From NCBI GenBank assembly GCA_002269645.1, contig NIVC01001095.1, positions 297,117-361,116 of the forward strand: a DNA stretch of 64,000 nt, in the 5' to 3' direction. The translations under genes were made by a program, and so were the position numbers. Every line of letters starts with the position of its first letter. Position 1 is the stretch's first letter. Below the pieces are notes generated by a model. That model made no database searches. It was given only the letters and a program-made list of their open reading frames with translations, and was not told the origin of the DNA. Origin of the DNA: Macrostomum lignano. Taxonomy: Eukaryota. This document shows positions 26,101 to 38,400 of this stretch, piece after piece.

Positions 26101-26429
26101 AATCAGTGACTCTGTCTCACACCCCTGGCAATCAGCATCATGCAGCCAGCGACACAATCAGTGACTCTGCCTCGCACCCCTGGCAATCAGCATCATGCGG
26201 CTAGCGACACAATCAGTGACTCCGCCTCGCACCCCTGGCAATCAGCATCATGCGGCTAGCGACACAATCAGTGACTCCGCCTCGCACCCCTGGCAATCAG
26301 CATCATGCAGCTAGCGACACAATCAGTGACTCTGCCTCGCACCCCTGGCAATCAGCATCATGCAGCTAGCGACACAATCAGTGACTCTGCCTCGCACCCC
26401 TGGCAATCAGCATCATGCAACTAGCGACA
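26101..26429. repeat. 55-bp tandem repeat, 6 copies, containing the C-terminal codons and stop of the MFS gene
   Basis: AATCAGTGAC recurs at 26101, 26156, 26211, 26266, 26321 and 26376. Confidence 0.95.
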
Positions 26430-29400
26430 ATGAGGTACGCGGCAGACGCAGCCACAGCCAGGTACATCATGCCGACTGCTCCAATGGAGTCGGCTCCAAT
26501 CAAATATCCCGTAGCCAACGGATAGGTGCTGGCGCCGATATAGGTTCCTACAGACCAGGTGCTGGACAGGGCGCCAGTGACATCTAGTCGCTCAGCTAGC
26601 CAGGTGATGCCAGTGGGGAACACCATAGCGATGCACAGGCCGTAGAGGCCGGCTCCAGTGTAAGCCACTGCCGCCTGGGCGTCGCCCCAGCTCGCTAGCA
26701 GACTGGTGGCAAACAGACAGCCGGTTAGCTGGGCAATCAGCAGCACTGACGGCTGCACCAGGCGGGACACCAAGACACCGGAGCCGCGACTGACCAGGTA
26801 GCCAACAAAGAATATTGTGCTTAGTAGCGAGGCCTGAATTTTTATAGCATGTAGTTTCCATATGAATGTGATTAAATAAGCAAATACGACGTAAAGTGTA
26901 TGCGGCTATGGTACAAAAACTGTATTTCTATTGTAGCAATCAAGCCACCCATCTGCTCAGGTCTGCACACTAAAGACTAAGGTTACCAGCTTATTTGGTC
27001 ACTTAAAATCTCTCTATTAGGACCACTTCTAAATTAGACTATGGTCACCTATATGACGGATAAGGAGACTAGTCAGATGAGTTTATCGGTGCATATGCGT
27101 TAAAGACTAAAAAAAGAATTCAGGTCCATTCAAGATTTGGCTATATGTGACTCATGATCATTTATTTGTGCTACTTCTGTCAGAATTTATTCGAACCTGC
27201 AATCATGCCAATTTTATTCTGTTTCAATCACCCAATGTTCAACATTGAGTGGGTCGTTCTCAAAGCTAGGTCACAACTTTTTGTTATTGCAAAAAAAGTT
27301 TATACATCGACCAATAATCGTACCAAAAAAATTATTTCGACAATTTCTGTAAGAAGCTGCTACTAAAACCACAAGAAAACTTGAAATTGAGAAGAAATCA
27401 AGGCTATTTGTTATTCTTTGTTGCGGAAAATAAACGACAAAAATATTAAAGAGAAAATAAAATTTTCTTCTATTTTTATTTTAAATATGCAGTTAAATTT
27501 ATTTTGCAAAAATAAAAGAACAAGAAATTGACAAAGGAAATGTTTTTGAGCACAGCATTTTGTTACTCTGCTCTAAATCCCAGACATTTAAAATTATCGT
27601 GTGCGAAAAAGTGCGAAATTATTATAGCATGCACTCGAAAGGACTTCGATCAGTTTAACTAATCACTGAATTAAGAAGTCTAAATAAGTCTTGAAAGGTT
27701 GAATTAAAAATCAAGTTTTCACTATGTATCTTTTCAAAGTCAAGATGATTCGACAAATAAAGAATGTTCATTTTTACGGTGAACAGAATTGTTCATTTTT
27801 ACATTAAATATAATAAAATCTAACTAATAATAGAAAAAGTCAGGGAACTATCCTTGAACACCAAAGAGCACATTGTGGATTTAATATCAACTGCATGTTC
27901 CTTAATAAAGGAATTCGGATACTAGTATATATTTTATTTTTTGTAGCATAATTTCTGAAAACTATAACTTGCTTGATTTTACTTTAAGTACTTATTACAT
28001 TAATACTTATACCAAAGCTACATGTACTTAAAATAAAAAATTATAGTTACTTATTAGACATTTTACTCCAATTAACTTAAAATAATTCAAATTTATTTTA
28101 ATTAATTCATTTTTTGAAACTTTTTGGAAAATAGACAAGATTGAATTATTTAATTACCAAAAACCTACTAGCTTAACTAAAATAGCAATTAGTCTTTAAG
28201 AAAAGATTTCACTTGTTAATTGAGAAAAATGAGGATGTGCGAGGTGTAAAAATGCGAAAGAGCATGCAGGAAACAGAGACAAACAAAAATGTAGGTAAAA
28301 GACACTGCACATGCACATAATATGATAACCAGACATAATGCGCACACTGAAACACCAGTAGCAATGACGCCCAAGCTTTTGATGATCACAAGCGAAAAGG
28401 CAAAACCCAGCCATCAATCAAAGAAGTAGACTTTAGCACGCATCTTGAGTGCATCACGCATTTTTTGCAGAGAAGCTCGAAAATTAACATTGTATTCTGT
28501 GCACAACCACCAACTGCGACAGGGTCTGCCGGGGGATTTGTGGGCACGCAGTCGCGGATACAAATCGGAGGAGTCGCTGACCATTCTGAAATGACTAGCT
28601 AGTACATGTAATTTTGTGTATTAATATATTCAGTCCGCTTTATTTCTATGCTCTCGTCCGCCTCTCGTTAATGCATCCCCAGACTCTTGCAATAATAAAA
28701 CCTATGATCGACCTATGCATGGCTTCCGTCCCTCGCTTTGAATCTCTCACCTCCCCATAGTTCCATCAACCTTACCTTAGTGGCTTCCTATGCAAAAATC
28801 ATCCCTCCGCATCTTACACAGGCTACTTCAGGCTGTAGACTGTACTACACTTTTACTTCAGTAATTAGTTGCGCTATAAGGAATCTACATGTATTTTGCT
28901 CGCAGCGCAGCGCGCTGCTCAAAGAAGTTTAGTTCTATCTAGATATTCTAGTAATTTCAGGTTTGTCCATAGACTAGAGCTCATGAGATGAGAATTCCAT
29001 TAACTAGTACATTTAATATGAATGAACTGCGTGTGTGTGTGCTGTGCATTCATATGTATAATATACGAGTAGTTTATGGGCCAAATTATTGTGTGGCACA
29101 ATTCTTGGTATCACTCAGCAGGCACAAGATGCAGTTAAGCAGCGCACGAAAATTCTACAAAAGAAATTGAGCCTGGTTGAGGTGATGCGAGGAGGCAGAT
29201 CCACACAATCTCAGTGAATACACCAGACTGCACCAGATACGAGTCCAGTCGAATGTGCGCACTGGTCTAAGCAGCACACGCATGTCCTTCTGACAATGAC
29301 GGCACCTAGCTTCGTCCAAGCCTTTGCCAGCGTCACTGACAGCGTCAATACTACCATGCAGTGCCACCTGCAGCACCGACAACGGCAATTCCTCCAGTTA

Positions 29401-32400
29401 GCCCACTACAGTGGCTAAACTGAGGGACAGGGAACCTACCCACAGAAGACACACACATACACACACAGCACCGGCAGCAGCACTCTGACAGCATAACCTA
29501 AAGCTCCATGAGCTCAGTTTTCAAGCATTGAAGAAGCAGAAGCAGTCATCTTGGATCCAGGGATCAGGAAGAGTGTTGCATGTCCGACATGTGCTGTTTC
29601 CGTGGCAAAAGGTGATGGAGCAAATTAATCAACACTTACTATCTAGCTCGTATTAAGACTAAAAAACTGAGGCAAGCTGGGATTAAACCAAAGAAATTTT
29701 TTTACTATACTTTTTTACCATACTTTTACTATACTTCTATAGTATAGTAGAGAGGTACTCTATTTAAATGCAGTAAGAAGTGAAACAAATTTATATATTT
29801 AATTATTAAATTAAATTAATTCAAGGTAAATAACTAATTTAACCAATTTATTAGGAGTATTTATTATTATAATAAATTGATTTTTATACCTTACACGAAA
29901 TAAGCTCTACATTCATTTCTTAGCTTGGGGCCCATCTGTATAAGGTCAGTTTCTTCAAAATGCTGATTAATTAATTAAGGCCTGTTGTCTTTACTTAAAT
30001 TTATAAGGGCATCTTAGAAGTTAATATTACTATATAATACATGTATAATAGTATTACTATATTATAGTAATATAGTTGCAATTTTAATGACTATTGAATA
30101 AGTTTAAATGCTTCCCCTATTGACTCTAAATATATGGTATCTTTCCCTTCAGAAAAAATTAGCATAGAATGACTTGATGAAAACAAAAAAAATCATTTCG
30201 AGATACACATTTGCTGATCATTCAGGTCAAATTTCAAGGTCCAGTTTTGCACATGTTTCTCTGTAGCTTGGTTACAAGGATTTTAATAAAAATATAATAA
30301 ATATGTCCAATGAACTAACTGATACATAGCCAAATTGTAGTATTTTCAAAAACAAAAAAAATCATTTGCTCAGTTTACTTTACTGGATATCTTTGTAAAA
30401 TTTCAGCTCAAAAGGTGCTCCATGGAGAATGCTAGTGTGGTTACAGGATATTTATTTTGTGCTTCAAAGTAGGAGTTTATTGCGATGCATGGTTGCTTTT
30501 AATTATTTTTATCAACAATAGTGCTCTATTTCATAACATTTTTTTACAAAAAGATAATAAGACATGTTTTTCTAATTATCTGCATCAAAATGTATCATTT
30601 TAAGCACGCATTCTAGACGTCAGCCGAAAAATACATTTTGTGAGACGCAAAGAGGCTATCCCACCGGAAATGCTAGGCGTACAGTTAAAGCGTCTATAAA
30701 ATCATTTGTAGTGCAGTTTATTGAGCTTTAAAAAATTCTTAAATTAAATTTATATAAGCTTTCATTTTAAATGTAATATAGCAAGGTTTCAACACAACAA
30801 CAACTTTTTTTAGCTACAGACATCTTGTAGTATCAAAAATTAACATCGGTGAAATGATTGAATTTGAATTTTTTCATCGCTAATTAACGCTTAATACCGC
30901 CAGATGATTAAAAACACTTTTGTATGATAAAGTTCAACCCAAAAATTATCTTTATTGACAGATAAAAGTGTCCTATTATTTTTAATATCGCAGTAACAAT
31001 AGTAAATGTTCGGAAAATTGTTAAAATTTTTGCTCCTCCTAGAATTTGCGAACGACCCGAGTACTAGTTTCAAAGACATACCTGGTCAGGGCTGAGGCAG
31101 AGCCTCGAGCACACGCCAAATGAGTACAAATAGCTCCAAAAGCCGGACTCTTGGCCAGCGTGCAACACGTAGAAGAGAACAAACAGAGTCACAATGGTCC
31201 ATTTTTGTCGGTTAGAAATTTTAGCACCTGTGCTGATGGTCCCCGTTGTACCATCATCCGTGTCTGTCGGCTGAGGTGCGATTTCCATCTCGTCAAAAAC
31301 TTGAAATCTGTTTATGAGTTGATGAAGAAATTGCTTGTTACCAAGTTTTCAATTAGATTATTTTTTAATTTGCCCGGCTTTTAAATGACTGATGCACAGA
31401 TCGTAACCAAGCACAATTGCATTTGAAGGGTCCTTCTACTTTACTTGTCCATACTTATAACTTCTGGAGCCAACCAATCAAGAACCAATGCTCGTAACTT
31501 CTGGTTCTGGAGACAGCCAATCAAGGACCAATGCTCGTAACTTCTAGAGACAGCCAATCAAAAACCAGTTATAAGGTGTGAGGATTGGCTGTTAAACATG
31601 TACCCCTGACAATGAGCACGAGCTCGTACAAAACATCAGCTACTGACTCTCTCATACGAGCGTAGTTGGCTTGGTGGGCTATATTTGGTGTATATGCCTC
31701 AACAACAGCAAACAACAGTAACAAATTACGCAGCCCTGCAAGCAAAGTCACAAAAGCAGGGTGCGTCTGATGGCGCACCGCAGAGCCTGAGAGCGGACGA
31801 AGTCCGCCTCGTTGGCGCGCGTAGGAGGCAGTCTACGTATCGACGGGTTTGGGCCTGACCCCGCCTGAACGGGCCCTGCAAGGTGAGCAGCAGGACGTCC
31901 TGAACAGGTTGGGGGCAGTAGCCCTCAGCCCGAATCACGTGACCCGCCAGTTGATGAGGTCGCCGCTGCGCATGATGAAGAACGGGCGCTGCAGCTTGGC
32001 CCGATCGTACAGGGCCTTGGTCCCGACGCTCTCGTCAGCTCGAAAGGCCGCACGGAGCAGCCATGAGTGCGCCGAGTCCAGCTGTCGCTCCAGCGTAGCC
32101 GTCAGCGTCCACGTCTCGGCGTTGTATAGCAGGACGGTTTCGACCACCGCCTATCACAGCCGAGCCCCCTGGCGGTCGGGCAGTGCTTCGGACTGGACGA
32201 TGGCCCGGATCGAACGGAAGGCCACGCAGGCAAGTCCTCTGCGCTGCCGGAGGTTTTCCTCCACGTGGGGCACCAGACCGCCGAGGTAGGTAAACCGCTG
32301 GCAGCGTGCGAGCTTCGTCGTCTGCCCGTCTGCGCCGCGGCAAGGTCCGCTGGGATTTCGGCCGGCACATTCAGCACCTCGGTCTTCAGCGTGTTGACAA

Positions 32401-35400
32401 CCAGACCGACGCTCGATGCCACATCGACCAACCTGTCGATCTGGCGCTGGGCGCCTCCAACGGACGAGGACAGGAGGGTAGCCAAGAACGCTCAGGCGCT
32501 TTTTGCCGTAGCGACGACCGATGCGTCTGCGCAGCAGAAAACCGTCATTAGCCGAGGGGAGTGCGGTCCGAAGCACCCAGTCTAGCAGCAGCACGAAGAG
32601 GAACGGCGCCAGAGTGTCGCCCTGCAGAACTCCTGATGAAGTGTCAAACAGGTCAGACAGGCCGTCCGCCGTCACCACATCAGCTCGATTATCGCAATAC
32701 AGCGCCATGACAGCGTCGATTAGCTGCTGGAGTACCCAATAGGTTCGAAGGACAAAGAGAAGCGCGGCTCTTAACACCGAGTTAAACGCCTTTCGAAAGT
32801 CAACGAAGACAATGATCAGCGTAGCCTGGCGGATGCGCGCCTCGATGACACGGCGGAGTGCGAGAATCTGTGTCACTGTACCGCGTTGCGGCCGGAATCC
32901 GTTCTGCTCGTACCGCAGGTACGGGTCCAGCACCGACTGCAGGCGATCGAGCAGCAGCCCGTTGAAGAGCTTCGCGGTGCAGGACATCAGCGAGATCCCA
33001 CGGTGGTCTTCTTTCCGCGTTGTCCCTGCCTTCTCCGGGATGGGAACGATGTGCGCGACGGTCCACTCGGTGGGCATGGGGGCGCCGGCGAGCACGCGGT
33101 TTATGACGCCTGTGACCTGGGAGGCCACACAGCGGAGCCGCAGCGCTTTGACCGGGACTTTATCGGGGCCGAGCGCCTTGCCGCCTGATTTTTTTCGAGC
33201 GAACAGCACAACGTCCTCCGTGGTGACTGGGCTGGTGCAGATGTCCTCCTCAGCTGGGAGCGGCGTGTCCAGTGGGAGCGCAAAACTGGCAGGCAGCGGC
33301 GACGCGGGCGCGTTCACGATGCCGGCGAAAAAGTCGCGCAATTCATTCCTGCGCTCATCTCGAAGGCGCTCAAACGCGTCTTCAGCGTCGCCCGTGGGCC
33401 GTCGGTTTCTGCGGAGTCGCTCAATGTTGAGCTGCGCTTGCCTGATGATCGGGTCGCTCTGCCAGATAGTCAGCGATTTCTGCGCTGGCCGCATCAGCGG
33501 GACCGTCTGCTCTGCAGCAGCTCTAACTGCGGTGCTGATGTCGAAATACTCCGCCTCGCGCTGGTCTCCAAGCGAAGGCGTCCGCGAATTGACACTTCAC
33601 GCGGGTGTCCGACAGAGCGCGATTGTAGCGCCGTGGCTGCTGCTTTGGCGGTCGGTAGAGCTGGTCGTAGAGCCGCAAGTCGCAGAGCAGAAGTCGATAT
33701 GCCTCACAAGCCCGGGTCCCTTTCCCTGGAGCACTTTACTATAATGTGATCACCTGGAAATCTTGCTGCGAGATTCGGGTGCTGTACCGCTCTACCACTT
33801 TTTCCTATGACTATCAGATTTCAGTAAAGAAAGTTCTCAGAAGTATGTCAACGCACCTCTTCAGCTGAAAGTTGATCAGTAGAAGCAATCCATAGCCGCA
33901 CAAGCAGGTTCCGTGTAGACAGGCAACTATTACAAAAGACCACTTGAGCGGTTGCAGATTCGTATGCGAACGTGACGATGTGTTTTCAACACCTTGTGCA
34001 ACGCTGCTGCCGTTCCTACTAGAGCAGATACCACTGCTGCTTCCGCCGCAGACGTCGCCCCCGTCAACGTCGCCCATGCTGATTAGGAAAGGCCGTGCCA
34101 GCAGCGGAGCCAGGAAGCCGCCAAGACCGACGCAGAAGTGCAGAAAATGCGACAGAGAGCGGGATAGGATCGGGCCGAACAAGTAAATCACCAGCATGTT
34201 GTCCACTGCAGGCGGCAAAGATGCTTTTATCACCGTACATGCATAAGGATAACTAGTTACCGTTATACCGATAAAAATAACAGTACAACGGTAACTTCTA
34301 GTGGTCCGTGAGGTAAGATATTGTAAATTTGGCTAAAAACTGAACACTTCCTTGCATTTAGCAGCGAAGACATACCTGTAGAAATCACGGCAACTCCAGC
34401 TCCCATTGTGCACTGGGCCGCGATTAGTCCAGCAAGCGAGTCAGCCGAAGGCGTCGCAATTAGGGCAGCAACTAGGAGCCCGTTGCCTAGCAACAAGCCG
34501 ATTAATTTAACCCGACTGCTATCAGTGAGTCGAGCCAAGGCCAGGCCAGTCAGCCAGGCAGCTAAGCAGGACGTCAGTGAACTGCCCGTGAACATAAAAC
34601 CGAGACGTTCGATTGGTTCAGAGACTTTCAAGGCCAGGTAAGGCAGCGTCGGTCCGGGCATTGAGATGGCTGCGCCAAGACTGAGCTCCATGCACCAGCT
34701 GAGCACGAGCAGCGGCCAGTACCTAGCAAGCAGGGGTCGCAACTCCGGCTGAAGTTTTAATAGTGGAGAGGGTGTTGCTGGTGGAATTGCTGGTGGAGTG
34801 GGTGTTGCTGATGGAGTGGATGTTGCTGGTGGAGTGGGTGTTGGTGGTGGAGTTGCTGGTGAAGTGGGTGTTGCTGGTGGAGTGGGTGTTGCTGGTGGAG
34901 TGGGTGTTGTTGGTGGAGTGGGTGTTGGTGGTGGAGTGGGTGTTGCTGGTGGAGTGGGTATTGGTGGTGGAGTTGTTGTTGTATGCGGTGAGCCTCTCCT
35001 AAAGGGGACACCAACCGATGGCCGCTTGGAGAAGCGCCACCACGTCGGCGCGAGCGAGTTGACACATTTCGGTAATGCCGTGAGTACGGCGTTGGACGTC
35101 CAGGGCCGGGCAGTTGAGAAGGTGGAATTGATCGACCTCTTCCGCGCAGAGACGTCAGTTGCCCCCGACCTCCATGCCGGTGCGGTTGCGGTAGTAGATC
35201 GATGCAGGACAGTGCCCGGCGCGGACCTAGGACCTGTTGCCTGCGAAGGCCCTCATGCATCGTAATCTTTTTGCCATAGACCTCGAGCAGGTGGCCTGTC
35301 ATGTTGGGCGAACAGTTAACAACCCGGCGGATGCGGGCCCTAGCAGAATCCAGGGTGTTGCCGACATGTTCCTGAGGCAGCTTGGCTGCTAGTTTAGCCT

Positions 35401-38400
35401 CGGCATCCACCAGTTCATCATTTCCGGGGATTCCGGCGTGCCCGGGCATCCACTGCAGGATGATCTTAGAAAGACGGGCGTCGGTGATAAGGCGTTCCTT
35501 AACGTTCTCGACGAGCGGGTTGATGGTTGGGCGATCAGCTTGCAGGACCGCGATAGCGCTCTGGCTGTCGGTGAGAATAGCAGCCTCTTTCGGGGCATTG
35601 GCAATGATGTCGCTTAGAGCCTGGAAGATGGCGATAAGTTCGGCCTCAAAGTAGCTGCACCAGCGGCCCGCGGCCACGCGCCCGCGCCGGCTGATGGAGC
35701 CGTCCTGGCTCAGGAGAATCCAGGCCGCACCTCCGTTTTCAACGCCACCCGAGACGAATCCGTCGGTGAATTAAGTGGCGGCGTTCGGGCAGCGTGCGGT
35801 CGCGGTGGCTTGGACCGCCTGGGCGGCGTCGGTTTCAATGGGCTCGAACAGCAGCTTGGTGAACATGCGCCCTCCGGCGTCGGCCAACGAATTCCAGGGT
35901 GGGAGCCGGATGTGGCTGTTGGCTAGGCGGTGTCCACCAAGGAGCTCATCGGTGATGCGTCTAGCTTGTTCGCGGAGGCCTCGGTTGGCAGAAAGCCGGC
36001 TGTCGTGGCGGCGTTCGCAAAGCTCCCGGAAGGGAGCGCCTTCTCAACCGCAAGCAGCGATCATCGGCGGGCTTTGAGGCTGATAGGAAGGATTCCCGAC
36101 TCAAAGTAGATGGCCTCTACCGGTGTCGAGCGGGGGAGACCAGTGACAACCCGGAGGGCCTCACGCTGGGCACGTTCGATGGCGTTGAGACGGGTCGCAG
36201 ATAGCCAGAGCGCCCGGGCCGCGGTGGCATGCCACACGACGGTTTCAACAAAAGCCCCGTAGACTCGCAGCAGCAGCTTGCGATCCCAGCCCCATTCACA
36301 GTGGGATAAGGCACGAAGGATGTCAGCTCGGCGAAGAATTTTCTCCCGGACGGAGTCACTTTGCTTTTCGAAGCAGACCTTGGTCAATCCAGATTCCAGA
36401 AAATTAATCTCCTGCTTGAAAGGAATCTGTTGGCCCCGGAGGGTGAGGCTGAGGTTGCGTTGACGGTCGATCTGTCACGAGAGAAGAGGCATCCCTCAGT
36501 TTTAGAAGGGTTGATGTCAATGCGCAGATGAGCGGCCCATTCCTCGACGAGCTGCAGGGCGGATTGGAGGCGAGCCTGGATTTCCGGGAGGTTCCGGCCC
36601 GTGCTCCAGAGGGCGAGATCGTCTGCATAGCCACTGTAGTCGACGAGAGGCACGGTGTGACCGGACCACTTGTTAACATAGATGTGGAGAGGGCAGGCAA
36701 GCTGACGGCGCCCTGGGGACGCCTTCCCTCAGTCTGCGCCATTTCCCAAGCGAGGAGCCGACCCGCACAGCGATCTGCCTGCCTTCGAGAAAGCTGGTGA
36801 ACCAGCGCACCATACAGGCAGGGACGCCTTCGTCCATCATGCGACCAATAAGGCGAGCGCGCCAAACACGGTCGAAGGCGCGAGAGCAGTCGATGAGGAC
36901 GGCCACAGTTTTCAAGTGCGGGCGTTTCTCCCATCCATCTTGAATTGACTGAACGAGGCGGGTGATTTGCTCTTCCCAGCCGCGACTTCATCGCCGTTGA
37001 AAACCGGCTTGCCAGGGCTGAATGATGTTGTGGAGCTCGAGCCAGCGTTAGAGACGATCGAGGATAAGCCGTTCGAGAGCCGTTCGGAGGTGAGGCTGAC
37101 AGGCCTGTAGCTACCGCGGTCTTTGGGGTCCTTTCCGTCCTTTAGCAGGGGGACGATAACGGCCTTTTTTTCCAGACTCCAGGGCAGTGTCCGGTGCGCC
37201 AGCAACGGTTGAAGACGGCCAGCCAGGCCGTCATCCAAGAGTCCGGCAGGTGGATGAATAAGGCAGCTTCGATTTCGTCGGGACCACATTTTTTGATGGG
37301 GTTAAGTTTGCCAATGGCCCGTTTCAGCTCACCAGGGGTGAAGTCACGGGAGTAAAGGTCGTCGTCAGTGGAGTAATGGCCAGTCGACGGGACGTGGCCA
37401 CTTTGACCTTGCGGTCCACCGCCGAGTGTTTCAGAGTGCTGATGTTTTCTTAATAGCGGCCAAAGGCGTTAGTCTTTTCCTTGTCCGTTCGCAGTTCTCG
37501 ACCATCAACAACGGGAGATTCGTTGAGAGGAGCTTGTTGTTTGCCGTTGCTGAGGCACTTGACAGTCCTCCAGACTTGTTTTGGGTCGGCAGAGTCGGAC
37601 ATTTTGTTGATGTACTCCTTCCAGAATTCGGCTTTCTTTCTGTCCAGAGTTTGGACAGTTCGTGACTTTTTTCGAGCCACTCGCCAGGATGGGCACCAGA
37701 TTCCCCAAGCCGGTTCCGAGTGTCGCGAAGTTCAGTAAGTTCTTCATCCCAGTATGGCTTGTTTTTGTCAGAAACTTTTTTGAGCGGGATAGCAGCTTTG
37801 GCTGCTTTAAGCATGCCCAAGCTGAGCCTGGCAATCTGTTTCTTGATGGAGCCGCCATTGAGGTGGTCGGCGTCCTCGGAGAGCAGGGTCTGGTAAGCGG
37901 TCCAGTCCGCTTTTTTCCAAGACCAGCTGAAGCGAGGCGCAGTGCTCAGGGTTTCACGGGATTCCCGGACTGTCACCAGGATGGGTTGGTGATCGGAGCC
38001 GAGCTCGGTTAGTGGTTGCCATTTACAGAGGTCGGCCACTGATTGACTAGCGATGGTGAGATCGAGAGCACTAGTCCGTACGGTGCGCCTGTCAACACAA
38101 GTGTGTTCCCCTGAGTTCAGGATGCGGTAGTCCACGGAGTTGCACCAGTCGACCAGGCACTGAGTTTGTGCTGCACCTTCACGTCCTTGATTGGGATCGC
38201 TGCCCCAGGCAGTGTGGTGGAGGTTGAGGTCACCAAGCAGAATTTCCCTGTGGAAGCATCTGAGCCAGGAATCGACACTGGGGTGCTCACGGTGATCTTC
38301 GCCTTCCACGCGCCGGATGGGGGGTGGTAGATGTTTGAGATGACAAGTTTTTGTCTGGCCGAGCTGCTGATCGAAATTCTGCAGCCTTCGGTGGTTCCGC

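Noticed and set aside
29155-29620. GC-richer island with a short ORF in MFS intron 4, considered as an extra MFS exon
   Set aside because: The MFS chain is phase-complete without it and the translation is not transmembrane-like; no family recognised.
32812-33744. 310-aa plus-strand ORF
   Set aside because: Antisense shadow of the GC-rich LINE RT.
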